DNA from: Bacteroidales bacterium
Lineage (GTDB): Bacteria; Bacteroidota; Bacteroidia; Bacteroidales; GCA-2748055
Assembly (NCBI GenBank): GCA_018400695.1
Contig: JAGYMF010000002.1
Coordinates: 1 to 44,905 of the forward strand
Length of the DNA stretch: 44,905 nt
Reading direction: 5' to 3'
The notes under the pieces were generated by a model. That model was not told where the DNA came from and did not search any database. It saw only the letters and a list, made by a program, of their open reading frames with translations. Below, in pieces: positions 28,117 through 38,588 of the stretch. The stretch's first letter is position 1. Each line of letters opens with the position of its first letter. A program made the translations under genes and the position numbers.

Positions 28117-29157
28117 TCAGGCCTCCAGGTCACCCTTCCTGCTCAGCAATGCTGCGACCGGACGGGTGCCTGGAAATTCGTTCAGAATCAGGATAATGAT
28201 CACTGTGATCGGTACACTCAACAACATGCCGGTTACACCCCAGATGGCTCCCCAGACAGCAAGGGTGAGGAATACCACCAGAGGACTCATGTTCAGCGTA
28301 TTGCCCATGATTCGGGGTTCAACCAGGCTTCCTATAGTGAGCTGGATTGCTCCGACAATCAGTAAAACCAGCAAAGGATGGGTGAAATCACCAAACTGAA
28401 GCAAGGCAAATACCGTTGGAAAAAGCGTGGCTATCAATGATCCGATATTGGGAATGTAATTCAGGATAAAAATGATGAAGGCCCAGAAAAACGGGGCATC
28501 CACACCAATAAAAAACAGTACAAAAAAACTCAGAAAACCGGTGGTCAGACTGGTCAGTGTCTTGATGGTGATGTAATTATTAATGGACCTGTCCACTTTA
28601 CCAAGTATACTGGATACGTGGTTATACTGCTCCGGTGAGGGATAAATCGATTTAAGTTTTCTCTGAAAGATGGTCTCCTCAAGCAGAATGAAAATGAGGT
28701 AGAGCAGAATCAGAAATGCATTGGCAAATATCGAGGTCAGCGCTGAAAAAAGCGACGAGAGAATATCCGCAAAATTGAAATCCCTGATGGCACTGGTCAC
28801 CGACTCCACCAGGTCAATATCGAAGGTTTTATTGATCTTCTGTGCTACAATGTTTACATTCTCTTCATATTTCGGAATGGAGGATGATAACTGCTGAATA
28901 TTACTGGAAATTAATGAGACCACCAACGACAGAATGGTCACCAGGATGACCGACGAGATGGTTGTAACCAACCAGTCAGGCCACTTGCCCACGAAAGGAA
29001 CCTTGCTGAGCAGATTTTTCAGAACCCTGATCAGAAACCATGCAAGAATGGCCAGAACAAAGGGTATTAGCAAAGATTCAGCATAGATCAGCAGCAAAAC
29101 AATGATCACCACCAACAGCAGGTAATAGATCCTTTTGGAAAAATTCATCGCGTCCAT
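28117..29157 (-). CDS. AI-2E family transporter (PerM/UPF0118 permease)
   Basis: 346 aa, multi-TM. NYIPNIGS and VEPRIMGNTLNMSPLVVF are typical of the family. It starts 1 nt after the corA stop. Confidence 0.8.
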   Translation of the reverse strand: MDAMNFSKRIYYLLLVVIIVLLLIYAESLLIPFVLAILAWFLIRVLKNLLSKVPFVGKWPDWLVTTISSVILVTILSLVVSLISSNIQQLSSSIPKYEENVNIVAQKINKTFDIDLVESVTSAIRDFNFADILSSLFSALTSIFANAFLILLYLIFILLEETIFQRKLKSIYPSPEQYNHVSSILGKVDRSINNYITIKTLTSLTTGFLSFFVLFFIGVDAPFFWAFIIFILNYIPNIGSLIATLFPTVFALLQFGDFTHPLLVLLIVGAIQLTIGSLVEPRIMGNTLNMSPLVVFLTLAVWGAIWGVTGMLLSVPITVIIILILNEFPGTRPVAALLSRKGDLEA

Positions 29158-29158
29158 T

Positions 29159-30223
29159 TTACATCCATTTTTTTCTTCTGAAAAAGATCAACAAAAGAAT
29201 CCCAACGGCCATAATCAATAGCCAGAAATACAGATAGCCATTGGCCCATTGCAGTTCCGGAATATTTTCAAAGTTCATACCATAGATACCGGCAATAAAA
29301 GTGAGCGGAATAAAAATAGCCGCAAAAATGGTAAGAACTTTCATGATCTCATTCGCCCGGTTGGAAATCAGGGAGTGATAGATGTCCAACTGATCGGCTA
29401 CAAGGGAGTAATACACCTCGATGCTTTCATGCGTAATAACCACATGGTCATGCAGATCCTCAATAAAGCTTTTTGTCTCCTGCCGGATTACCGGAGAGGC
29501 TGATTTCAACAACCCGAAAGTCACCTCCTTCATCGGCAAAACAATTTGCCGAAGAAAATTCAGCTCTGTCCTGTGACGATAAATCTCCCTCGAGGTTTCA
29601 CGGTCCGGATTACCAAAAATCCTCCCTTCCAACGCATCAATTGAACTTCCAATATCAGCCAGCAAATCCATATAAGTATCCACCATACAATCCAACAGGG
29701 CATAAGCCAGGTAATCCGGATGGATGATCCGCTGCCTGTCACGGCTCTTTCTTATCCTCTCCCGTACCATATCAAAATGGTTGCCCGGTTTTTCCTGTAA
29801 CGAAATAAGCAGATGATCCGCAACAATCAAACTCAGCTGGTCGGCTTCAATGCGCCGGGATTCCTGGTTGAATGAAAGCAGCTTGGCAATAATATACAAC
29901 TGATCTTCATCATGATTAAACACTGGACGATGCCCGGTATTCATCATATCCTCGAGCAGCAAATTGTCAATATCCAGCTGCTTCCCCAGTGCGGCAATCA
30001 CCTCCGGGTCATGTACACCATAAATATTTATCCACGTGAGCTTCTCCTCCCCTGCCATGGAGAGTGCAGCATCGATCGATTCCACCTTCTTCTCTGTCAG
30101 GGTATTCTGATCGTACTGCATGACATTGATTTCAACCTGCTCCGAATGCTGCTCGCCAATTAAAATCAATGACCCCGGCCGGGCCCCTTTCACTGATCCA
30201 CGCCTTTTGATAAATCTTGCCAT
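29159..30223 (-). CDS. corA: Magnesium/cobalt transport protein CorA
   Basis: 354 aa with a cytoplasmic N-domain and two C-terminal TM segments carrying the YGMNF signature (IAGIYGMNFENIPEL). Confidence 0.92.
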   Translation of the reverse strand: MARFIKRRGSVKGARPGSLILIGEQHSEQVEINVMQYDQNTLTEKKVESIDAALSMAGEEKLTWINIYGVHDPEVIAALGKQLDIDNLLLEDMMNTGHRPVFNHDEDQLYIIAKLLSFNQESRRIEADQLSLIVADHLLISLQEKPGNHFDMVRERIRKSRDRQRIIHPDYLAYALLDCMVDTYMDLLADIGSSIDALEGRIFGNPDRETSREIYRHRTELNFLRQIVLPMKEVTFGLLKSASPVIRQETKSFIEDLHDHVVITHESIEVYYSLVADQLDIYHSLISNRANEIMKVLTIFAAIFIPLTFIAGIYGMNFENIPELQWANGYLYFWLLIMAVGILLLIFFRRKKWM

Positions 30224-30242
30224 AACATCAGATGATTTCAGC

Positions 30243-30250
30243 CAAAGTTA
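30243..30250 (-). promoter_or_regulatory. -7-like box (TAACTTTG on the minus strand) upstream of corA
   Basis: The plus strand reads CAAAGTTA, 20 nt upstream of the corA ATG. Confidence 0.3.
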
Positions 30251-30491
30251 CAGAATTTATCTATTCCGACCTGAAAAGACAATAAGACCGGCAAAACTCC
30301 CTGAAAACAATCAGCCGACTGTCTTTTTGTCAGTCTTTGCTTTACACAGCCTGCCGTATTGTCACTTTAAAATGCGCTGTGACTGGCTGCATTAATTGTA
30401 TGTATCTGTTTTTGTGATGCTTGATAGGATTTCTCACCTGCTCCATCCTTTCTGGCGCACTGTTTGAAGGTGTATCTGCAAAAACAATACA

Positions 30492-33104
30492 ATGGATTTC
30501 AATAAATTTACAATAAAGGCACAGGAAGCGATCCAGCGGGCGAAACAAATCGCTGTAGAGCGTGACCACCAGGCGATCGAATGCGGACACCTCCTGAAGG
30601 GAGTAATGGAGGTGGATGAAAATGTACTGCCATTTATCTTTAAAAAATTATCTGTAAACGGATCCCACCTGGAGGCATCATTGAACGGTATCATGGATGG
30701 TTATGCTGTGGTAACGGGTGGAGAGAAGTATCTTTCGCCTGCAGCAAATGAGGTGCTGGTCAAATCACAGGCTGTGGCTAAAAGTTCGGGTGATGAATAT
30801 GTCACCCTGGAACACCTGTTGCTGGGAATGTTCAAAACGAACGATCCAGTAGGACGCCTGCTGAAGGATGCCGGTATCAATGAAAAAGAGCTGAACGCAG
30901 CGGTAAAGGAGCTGCGAAAAGGGGAGCCTGTCAGAAGTCAGTCGGCCGAGGACCAGTACAATGCCCTGGAAAAATATGCGGTACACCTGAATGAACGTGC
31001 CCGCGACGGTAAGCTGGACCCGGTAATCGGCAGGGATGAAGAGATCCGCAGGGTCCTGCAGATCCTAACACGGCGTACCAAAAACAACCCGATCCTGGTA
31101 GGAGAACCCGGCGTAGGGAAAACAGCGATCGCCGAAGGAATTGCTTTCAGAATCGTCAACGGCGACGTGCCCGATGACCTGCTAAAAAAAGAGTTATACT
31201 CACTGGACATGGGCGCCCTGATCGCCGGGGCAAAATATAAAGGCGAATTTGAAGAGCGCTTGAAATCGGTGGTCAAAGAGGTGATCAGCGCCGAAGGAAA
31301 AATCATCCTGTTCATCGATGAGATTCACACCCTGATTGGCGCCGGAGGCGGCGGCGAAGGAGCAATGGATGCCGCAAATATCCTGAAACCTGCCCTGGCC
31401 AGGGGTGAACTGCGGGCCATCGGTGCCACCACGCTGAACGAATTCCAAAAATATTTTGAAAAGGACAAGGCACTTGAACGCAGATTCCAGAAAGTATTTG
31501 TAGACGAACCTGCGGAAGAGGATGCTGTCTCCATTCTCCGCGGAATCAAGGAGCGTTACGAAGGTTACCATAAGATCAGAATCCGCGACGAAGCAATTAT
31601 CGCCGCCGTACAACTGTCGACCCGTTATATTACCGACCGCTTTCTGCCCGACAAGGCCATCGACCTGATCGATGAGGCTGCAGCACACCTCCGGCTGGAA
31701 ATGAACTCCCGGCCAGAATCGATCGACACACTGGAAAGAAAGATCCAGCAACTGGAGATCGAGAAGGAGGCATTTAAACGGGAGAAAGATAAATCAAGGG
31801 TGGAAAACATCTCCCGCCAGCTGGCAGACCTGACCGATGAGCACAAACAGCTGATGGCCGTGTGGCAAGATGAGAAAGAGATCGTAGCAAATATCCAGAA
31901 GGTAAAAAAGCATATTGAAGACCTTCGGTATGAAGCAGAAAGAGCCGAACGCGAAAGCAACCTGGGACGGGTAGCAGAAATCCGCTACGGTGAACTGCCT
32001 TCAGCAGAAAAAGCGCTGGAAGAGACCATCGAAAAACTGCAGCAATACGAAAAGGAGGGCAAACGACTGGTCAGGGAAGAGATCACTGCCGAAGATATTG
32101 CAGAAGTGGTTTCGCGTTGGACAGGGATTCCGGTGACGCGAATGTTGCAGAATGACAAAGAGAAGCTGCTGCACATCGAGGATGAACTGCGGAAACGCGT
32201 TGTGGGACAGGAGGAGGCGGTCGAAGCGGTCTCGTCAGCCATCCGGAGAAGCCGAACCGGACTGGCCGATGAGAAACGGCCGGTCGGATCATTCCTCTTC
32301 CTGGGTACCACCGGGGTGGGAAAGACGGAGCTGGCAAGGTCGCTGGCTGAATACCTGTTCAACGATGAGTCGCTGTTGACCCGTATCGATATGAGCGAAT
32401 ACCAGGAGCGCCATGCTGTATCCAGGCTGATTGGAGCCCCTCCGGGATATGTGGGGTATGAGGAAGGCGGCCAGCTTACCGAGGCGGTACGCAGAAAACC
32501 CTATTCTGTAATCCTGCTGGACGAGATCGAAAAGGCACATCCGGATACATTCAATATTTTACTCCAGGTACTGGAGGATGGACGGCTGACCGATAACAAG
32601 GGAAGGATTGCCAATTTTAAGAACACAATCATTATTATGACCTCCAATATCGGATCTGATATCATCCAGGAGCGGTTTGCAGACGCGGTAGAATCAAACA
32701 TGGAAGCGGTATACCAGGAGACAAGGAACAGGATCTTTGAACTGCTGAAAAAAAGCATGCGGCCAGAATTCCTTAACAGGATCGATGAATTGGTCGTATT
32801 CAGACCATTGGGAATGGAGCAGATGGAGGGGATCATTCATATCCAGCTGAAAACCCTGCAGAAGCTGCTGCAGAAGCAGGAGATCACAATCGATGTTTCG
32901 CAGAATGCGATCGAACAGATCAAGCATGAAGGATTCGATATGCAGTACGGGGCGAGACCACTGAAACGGCTGATTCAGAAAAAGTTGGTTGACCTGATCT
33001 CCATGGAGATCCTGAAAAACAATATCACTCCGGGAATGAAGGTGATTATCGATGCAGAAAATGGCAACATCGTTGTAAGACCTTCAGGCGATTCCGAACA
33101 GTGA
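30492..33104 (+). CDS. clpB: ATP-dependent chaperone ClpB
   Basis: 870 aa with a Clp N-domain, two AAA+ modules (GEPGVGKTA and GTTGVGKTE) and a long coiled-coil middle domain between them. Confidence 0.97.
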   Translation: MDFNKFTIKAQEAIQRAKQIAVERDHQAIECGHLLKGVMEVDENVLPFIFKKLSVNGSHLEASLNGIMDGYAVVTGGEKYLSPAANEVLVKSQAVAKSSGDEYVTLEHLLLGMFKTNDPVGRLLKDAGINEKELNAAVKELRKGEPVRSQSAEDQYNALEKYAVHLNERARDGKLDPVIGRDEEIRRVLQILTRRTKNNPILVGEPGVGKTAIAEGIAFRIVNGDVPDDLLKKELYSLDMGALIAGAKYKGEFEERLKSVVKEVISAEGKIILFIDEIHTLIGAGGGGEGAMDAANILKPALARGELRAIGATTLNEFQKYFEKDKALERRFQKVFVDEPAEEDAVSILRGIKERYEGYHKIRIRDEAIIAAVQLSTRYITDRFLPDKAIDLIDEAAAHLRLEMNSRPESIDTLERKIQQLEIEKEAFKREKDKSRVENISRQLADLTDEHKQLMAVWQDEKEIVANIQKVKKHIEDLRYEAERAERESNLGRVAEIRYGELPSAEKALEETIEKLQQYEKEGKRLVREEITAEDIAEVVSRWTGIPVTRMLQNDKEKLLHIEDELRKRVVGQEEAVEAVSSAIRRSRTGLADEKRPVGSFLFLGTTGVGKTELARSLAEYLFNDESLLTRIDMSEYQERHAVSRLIGAPPGYVGYEEGGQLTEAVRRKPYSVILLDEIEKAHPDTFNILLQVLEDGRLTDNKGRIANFKNTIIIMTSNIGSDIIQERFADAVESNMEAVYQETRNRIFELLKKSMRPEFLNRIDELVVFRPLGMEQMEGIIHIQLKTLQKLLQKQEITIDVSQNAIEQIKHEGFDMQYGARPLKRLIQKKLVDLISMEILKNNITPGMKVIIDAENGNIVVRPSGDSEQ

Positions 33105-33114
33105 GAACCAAATC

Positions 33115-33149
33115 ATTCCGCCCGGACAACTACTCCCCCGGGCTGGAAT
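33115..33149. terminator. GC-rich hairpin between convergent clpB and the GH51 gene, a possible bidirectional terminator
   Basis: ATTCCGCCCGG (33115-33125) pairs with CCGGGC-T-GGAAT (33138-33149), with one bulge and a 12-nt loop. The flanking U-tracts are weak on both strands. Confidence 0.3.
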
Positions 33150-33205
33150 TTCGCTGTCTGCCAACAAAAGAGCTGATGCCGATAAACACTGGAACATGGT
33201 CCCTT

Positions 33206-34777
33206 TCAGAAAAGCTCTAGTACCACAACCGATCCGGCCGGGATGGTGGCAGTCAGGATGCTTTTCTTCAGTTTCATATCTGTAAACTCCTCAGGCTTTA
33301 CCTTTTCCGGATCACTGAAGGTGTTGTGGTCGCCTACATCTCCGGATGTAAGGATTCGTCCGTTCACCTTTGAAACCTCCATACCACGCAGATCAATCGT
33401 CATCTCACTGTCCTCGTCCGGGTGGATATTTACCAGCGAAATATGAATACGGCCCTGTGCATCCAGCGAAGCAGAAGCGCTGAGGGAAGGAAGTTTCTTG
33501 CCTTCAAATTCATAGCTCCCGGAAACCAGGTCAACAGGCAGCAGCGTGGCATCATGATGCACCTTGTACATCTCGAAAACATGGTAGGTCGGTGTCAATA
33601 ACATCTTCTCCTCATCGGTAAATACCAGGGCCTGAAGCACATTCACCGTCTGCGCAATGTTGGCCATCTTTATCCTGTCGCTTTTCTCATTGAAATAGTT
33701 CAGGGAAATCCCTGCCACAAAAGCGTCCCGCATGGTGTTCTGCTGAAAGAGAAATCCAGGGTTGGTGCCCGGTTCAACGTTGTACCATGTTCCCCATTCA
33801 TCGACAACAAGGGCTACCCTCTTTGCCGGGTCATATTTATCCATAATCGTAATATGGCGGTCAATCACATCCTCAATCTCTATGCACCTGCGCAGGACAT
33901 CAAAGTACCGGTCCTCTTCAAATCCGGTAGCAGGACCCTTGTTCTCCCACCACGTGGTATAATGGTGCAGCGACAATCCCCACATCATCCAGTGCGGAAT
34001 GTTCTTCATCAATACCTCCGTCCAGTTGTAATCCGTCGTATTGGCTCCCCCGGCGATCTTGCGAAGCCGTGTGTCACCATAATTGCGGGCATAAGTGGCA
34101 AATCTTTTATACAGCTCGGCATAATATTCAGGCGACATGTGCCCGCCACAGCCCCAGTTTTCATTTCCGATGCCCCAGTAAACCACGTTCCAGGGATCTT
34201 CTCTTCCGTTTTCACGGCGCATATTGGCCATCGGACTAACACCATCAAAGTTGATATACTCCACCCACTTGGAGAGCTCTTCAGGAGTACCGCTTCCTAC
34301 ATTGCCCACCACAACCGGTTCGGTCTCCAGCTGATTGCAAAGATCCAGAAACTCATGGGTTCCGAAGCTGTTGTCTTCTGTCACCCCTCCCCAGTGTGTG
34401 TTGATCATCGTGGGCCTGTTCTCCTGCGGTCCGACGCCATCCCGCCAGTGATATTCATCTGCAAAACAACCGCCAGGCCATCTGAGATTAGGTATAGCCG
34501 TCTTTTTTAGTGCCTCCACTACATCCGTACGTATCCCCCTGGTATTTGGAATTTCCGAATCTTCACCTACCCAATAACCTCCGTAAATACACCGGCCCAG
34601 GTGCTCTGAGAAGTGTCCGTAAATATGACGGCTGATCTGCTTTTCCCCCAGATCAGCATTTACGGTAAGACTGGCCTCCTGCTGTGCCTGTAACGCAGAG
34701 CCTGCAAAAATCAGTATCAGGGAAACCACTGCCGGGATCATCCCCGGATTCATAATGATGCCTCTTTTCATTTTCAT
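33206..34777 (-). CDS. Alpha-L-arabinofuranosidase, glycoside hydrolase family 51 (secreted)
   Basis: [33 protein letters not shown] (acid/base Glu) and VVDEWGTW (nucleophile Glu) are present, with an N-terminal signal peptide. Confidence 0.9.
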   Translation of the reverse strand: MKMKRGIIMNPGMIPAVVSLILIFAGSALQAQQEASLTVNADLGEKQISRHIYGHFSEHLGRCIYGGYWVGEDSEIPNTRGIRTDVVEALKKTAIPNLRWPGGCFADEYHWRDGVGPQENRPTMINTHWGGVTEDNSFGTHEFLDLCNQLETEPVVVGNVGSGTPEELSKWVEYINFDGVSPMANMRRENGREDPWNVVYWGIGNENWGCGGHMSPEYYAELYKRFATYARNYGDTRLRKIAGGANTTDYNWTEVLMKNIPHWMMWGLSLHHYTTWWENKGPATGFEEDRYFDVLRRCIEIEDVIDRHITIMDKYDPAKRVALVVDEWGTWYNVEPGTNPGFLFQQNTMRDAFVAGISLNYFNEKSDRIKMANIAQTVNVLQALVFTDEEKMLLTPTYHVFEMYKVHHDATLLPVDLVSGSYEFEGKKLPSLSASASLDAQGRIHISLVNIHPDEDSEMTIDLRGMEVSKVNGRILTSGDVGDHNTFSDPEKVKPEEFTDMKLKKSILTATIPAGSVVVLELF

Positions 34778-34945
34778 CTTTGTACGATTTACTTTAGTAA
34801 TCAGCTGGAACTACCCTTTTGCAAATAACCATGCTCATGTGTGCAATATTGATTATTTACCTATGAACAAGCTGTTTTATGTTTTTTTGAAAGATAGAAA
34901 TTTTTTTATCAAACCCGATATCGAACCCATAACACTATCAGGCAG

Positions 34946-37354
34946 CTATTGCTCCAGGTATTTCTTCAGCCATTCGTCCTGCTCCCACAACACATGCAAT
35001 ACGCTCTCCCTGGCACTGTATCCATGACTCTCCCTGGGTAAAACCACCAACCGGGCGGTTCCCCCAAGTCCCTTAATCGCATTGAAATACCTTTCACTCT
35101 GCATAGGATAGGTTCCCGAATTGTTATCAGCCTCACCATGGATCAACAGCAACGGACTCTTCATTTTATCGGCGTGCATAAAGGGCGACATGGTATAATA
35201 GACCTCCGGGGCTTCCCAGTAATTGCGTTCTTCACTCTGAAAACCGAAAGGTGTGAGTGTCCTGTTATATGCACCACTCCTGGCAATGCCTGCAGCAAAA
35301 AGGTCTGAATGGGAGAGCAGGTTCGCTACCATGAACGCACCGTAACTGTGTCCACCTACCGCCACCCTATTGCGGTCTATATAACCAAGGTTGTCCACAG
35401 CATCGATCGCCGCTTTGGCATTGGCCACGAGCTGACTGCGGAAAGAGTCGTTGGGCTCTTCCTCACCCTCCCCAACTATAGGGAAAGCAGCATCATCAAG
35501 TACCACATAGCCACGTGTAACCCAGTAAATGGGAGATCCATAATAAGGATAGATAAAACTATTGGGGTTCTGGGTGGTCTGTCCGGCACTGGATCTGTCT
35601 TTGTATTCAGTAGGATAGGCCCAGAGAATCATCGGACACTTTTCCTTTTTCTCCATATCATAATCCACCGGCAGATAAAGGGTCCCTGACAGCTCCAGTC
35701 CGTCATCACGCTGGTAGGTAATGACCTCCTTGTGGACATCCTGAATGCTTTTAAATGGATTTTCGAAGAAGGTAATCTGGGTAAGCTTCTCCTTCTTCAG
35801 CTGCCTGAAATAGAAGTTTGGATATTCAGCCGGAGATTCGATACGCACCAGAAGGAGGTCCTTATCCGGATCATATTCACCGAGGGTTTCCAGCTTATTG
35901 GTATAGGCTGACTGGTATAACCGTTTCTTTTTTATATTTTTAAGGTTGATCTGGTCCACGAAAGGAAATTGCCCCTTATCAGAAAAACCATCACCAATAA
36001 GGAATGCATTGTTTCCTTTCATAGCCAGCACCTGGCGCCCCATCTCGTTGCGTTTCATGACAAAACTTCCCGGATCGCTGTAACGGTCCTGATAATTCCG
36101 GTCATCGATCACCACCGGCTCCACAGATGGATCCGACGGATCAAAAACGTAGGTTTTTGTATTCCGTGTATTCCACCAATAATCTCTCGCCACAGCCAGG
36201 CGGTCATCTCCCCACTGAATCCCTGCAAAACGGTTGATTATCTTCAGGATACGCTGCGGCTCTTTTTTGAACGGAGCATCCCACTGAAATACTGCATCCC
36301 GGTAATCCACCTCATTCTCAGGATCACCATGGTCAAGCGCTTCGGCAAACACCACTGATGCGGTCCTGTCACTGCGCCAGCTGATATCCCTTCTGCCCTG
36401 TCTGACCGCCATAAAACCTTGTGGAAGGTCTTCAATCAGCGGCACTTCAACCACAGTTTCCACTTCAATACCGTCACTGGTATAGATCTTTGTTTCCGAG
36501 GGAAACCTGTAATAAGGAACCAGGTAAGAGAAGGGCCTGCCTATAGAACTGATCAGTACATAATTTCCATCGGGAGAAAAACTGATCCCCGTATACATGT
36601 TGTTATGCAGCCATTTTTCATTCTCTCCATCAATAGAGACCCTGTACAGATCAGCCCTTGCCAGCTGTTCAAAGTTATGTTCATCATTCCTGTTTTTCAG
36701 AAGGTCCTGGTAGGTCCTGTTCTGGGCCATTACACCATCACTTACAGATACCGTAGGACCTGTGGGCACCGCCTGATCTGCATCGATGAGCGGTTTCCTC
36801 ACCGCTGCGATCATCTTTACCAGCAAATGTTCACTGTCGCCAAACCAATTGATCACATCACCCATATTCGCATTCACCCGTGGTTCGGTGAGCCTTTTTG
36901 CAGATGCAGATACAATATCCACCAGCCACACCTCAACACCCTCCTCTGCCGTATGTGTCATTGCCATCTTCCTCTGGTCGGGCGACCACGAAAAATTGGC
37001 CAGACGGGGTGATTCCGGAAGCCCGGCAACCTGCACTGGCGTACTGTCGTCATCACTCAATCTACGGATCTTTAAATTGGTGTAGTAACGCGTCCTGCTG
37101 CCAATATTTGTCGCAGGATCAATCCGGAGACCGGCAAGGCGCAACTCTTCCTTCGACAACTCTTCGATGGATTTATATGGATCTCTATAAAGGAAAAGCA
37201 TGACTTCCCTTGCTTCATCCATCAATACCCGTGGCGCCAGCGGAACATCCACCAACTCCATGATCTCTTTTGGAGGCTGCTGATAGGTAAGGCTTTCTTG
37301 TCCTGAAGCCAACAGGGAGATACTGATCAATAACACCAATAACACATGTCTCAT
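34946..37354 (-). CDS. S9 family serine peptidase (prolyl oligopeptidase/dipeptidyl peptidase-like) with an N-terminal beta-propeller
   Basis: Signal peptide is MRHVLLVLLISISLLASG. The catalytic triad context is GGHSYGAFM (Ser), IHGEADNN (Asp) and ESHGY (His). Confidence 0.88.
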   Translation of the reverse strand: MRHVLLVLLISISLLASGQESLTYQQPPKEIMELVDVPLAPRVLMDEAREVMLFLYRDPYKSIEELSKEELRLAGLRIDPATNIGSRTRYYTNLKIRRLSDDDSTPVQVAGLPESPRLANFSWSPDQRKMAMTHTAEEGVEVWLVDIVSASAKRLTEPRVNANMGDVINWFGDSEHLLVKMIAAVRKPLIDADQAVPTGPTVSVSDGVMAQNRTYQDLLKNRNDEHNFEQLARADLYRVSIDGENEKWLHNNMYTGISFSPDGNYVLISSIGRPFSYLVPYYRFPSETKIYTSDGIEVETVVEVPLIEDLPQGFMAVRQGRRDISWRSDRTASVVFAEALDHGDPENEVDYRDAVFQWDAPFKKEPQRILKIINRFAGIQWGDDRLAVARDYWWNTRNTKTYVFDPSDPSVEPVVIDDRNYQDRYSDPGSFVMKRNEMGRQVLAMKGNNAFLIGDGFSDKGQFPFVDQINLKNIKKKRLYQSAYTNKLETLGEYDPDKDLLLVRIESPAEYPNFYFRQLKKEKLTQITFFENPFKSIQDVHKEVITYQRDDGLELSGTLYLPVDYDMEKKEKCPMILWAYPTEYKDRSSAGQTTQNPNSFIYPYYGSPIYWVTRGYVVLDDAAFPIVGEGEEEPNDSFRSQLVANAKAAIDAVDNLGYIDRNRVAVGGHSYGAFMVANLLSHSDLFAAGIARSGAYNRTLTPFGFQSEERNYWEAPEVYYTMSPFMHADKMKSPLLLIHGEADNNSGTYPMQSERYFNAIKGLGGTARLVVLPRESHGYSARESVLHVLWEQDEWLKKYLEQ

Positions 37355-37413
37355 AGAATTATTTTTTAGGATTTGAAATAATTTTGGTTACGTGTACCTT
37401 TTGCTGTCCTGCA

Positions 37414-38571
37414 TTAAAAATAGTAGCTGCCATCTATCAGAACATCATGCAGGGTAGTGTCCAGCACCTCAATCCATGGATCCTGCAACACCCCTGTTTT
37501 GACCGGGTTTTTCCTGAAGACCAGCTGATCATCCTTCTCCTCTTCAAGTATAAGCACGTAACGCAGGTCGTTTTCGGTAATTACCGCTGTTGAAGGCAAT
37601 GCCAGCGTTTCACGGTAGCAGGTTATGATCGCTGCCTGAACATACGATCCGTCCACAAAACCGGAAGCAACATGCTCATCGGGCACCGCCACACATTCAA
37701 TGGTCCTCTTCTCTCCATCTACCGTTCTGCCCACATGCAACAGGGTTGCACCATATACCTGTCCGGGCCGACCCGGATCATAATACGTCACGTTTTGTCC
37801 GGCAGCCAGCATCGCAATATCCTTTTCAAAAACATGCAGATACAGCCCAAGTCTGGTTGTGTCGATGATCTCCGCAACAGACCTGTAGGGTTCAACAACC
37901 GCTCCCCTTACCAGTGCCATACGGGTAACCACACCGCTGGAAGGTGCGTTCACCGTTACCCCCGGTGCGATCTTGCCCTGTTCCACCTGCCGTGGATCAA
38001 TATTGATCAGCTTCAATCTCGCCTTCAGCCCTTCTGCCTGGGCAAGCATGCTCCTGTACTCACTTTCCGCCTTGACAAGTTCCTTTCCAGCAGAAACATT
38101 TCCCTCCGAAAGTACCTGCTGCCGCTTGTAAATGCTCTCCAGCAGACGAAGGTCATGGAATGCTTTTGCATATTCCTGCTGCAGCTGAATAATCTCATTC
38201 CCCTCCATAAAAAACATCTTCTCGCCCCGGGCCAGGTACTCCCCCAGGGAAAACCCGATCTCCTTCACCCTTCCGGGGATAAATACACTTACCTCTGTCT
38301 TCCCCTGCGGGGTCGCCCGGACATACCCGGTAGCGTCCACCGTTTGCTGAAAGCTCACCACTTCCGGATCGCCCGTATTCATGCCGACGCCCTCAAACTG
38401 CGCCCTGGTCAGCACAATACGCGATGCTTCCGTCTGGCCGGTCGCGGAAGCTGATGCCGCTCCGGCATCTTCCTCTGCAGATTCACCTCCGGCGCCTGAC
38501 TGACAACCACCCAGGGCCATGAATACCAGCACCGGAATCGCCTGGAAAACATTTCTAAAAACCTTCTTCAT
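37414..38571 (-). CDS. Efflux RND transporter periplasmic adaptor (membrane fusion protein), lipoprotein
   Basis: MKKVFRNVFQAIPVLVFMALGGC lipobox. It has a coiled-coil hairpin region (QQEYAKAFHDLRLLESIYKRQQ...AESEYRSMLAQAEGLKARL) and a beta-barrel C-terminal part. The ORF-track start at 38592 is a TTG, so I prefer the ATG at 38571. Confidence 0.85.
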   Translation of the reverse strand: MKKVFRNVFQAIPVLVFMALGGCQSGAGGESAEEDAGAASASATGQTEASRIVLTRAQFEGVGMNTGDPEVVSFQQTVDATGYVRATPQGKTEVSVFIPGRVKEIGFSLGEYLARGEKMFFMEGNEIIQLQQEYAKAFHDLRLLESIYKRQQVLSEGNVSAGKELVKAESEYRSMLAQAEGLKARLKLINIDPRQVEQGKIAPGVTVNAPSSGVVTRMALVRGAVVEPYRSVAEIIDTTRLGLYLHVFEKDIAMLAAGQNVTYYDPGRPGQVYGATLLHVGRTVDGEKRTIECVAVPDEHVASGFVDGSYVQAAIITCYRETLALPSTAVITENDLRYVLILEEEKDDQLVFRKNPVKTGVLQDPWIEVLDTTLHDVLIDGSYYF

Positions 38572-38588
38572 AACATCTGTTTTTGCAA

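Noticed and set aside
34915-34940. GGGTTCGAT-like T-arm motif on the minus strand, which could suggest a tRNA
   Set aside because: The flanks cannot form an acceptor, D or anticodon arm. The motif is part of a CGATATCG palindrome in an AT-rich promoter region.
37672-38454. 260-aa ORF on the plus strand
   Set aside because: It is antisense to the MFP adaptor gene and has no family resemblance.
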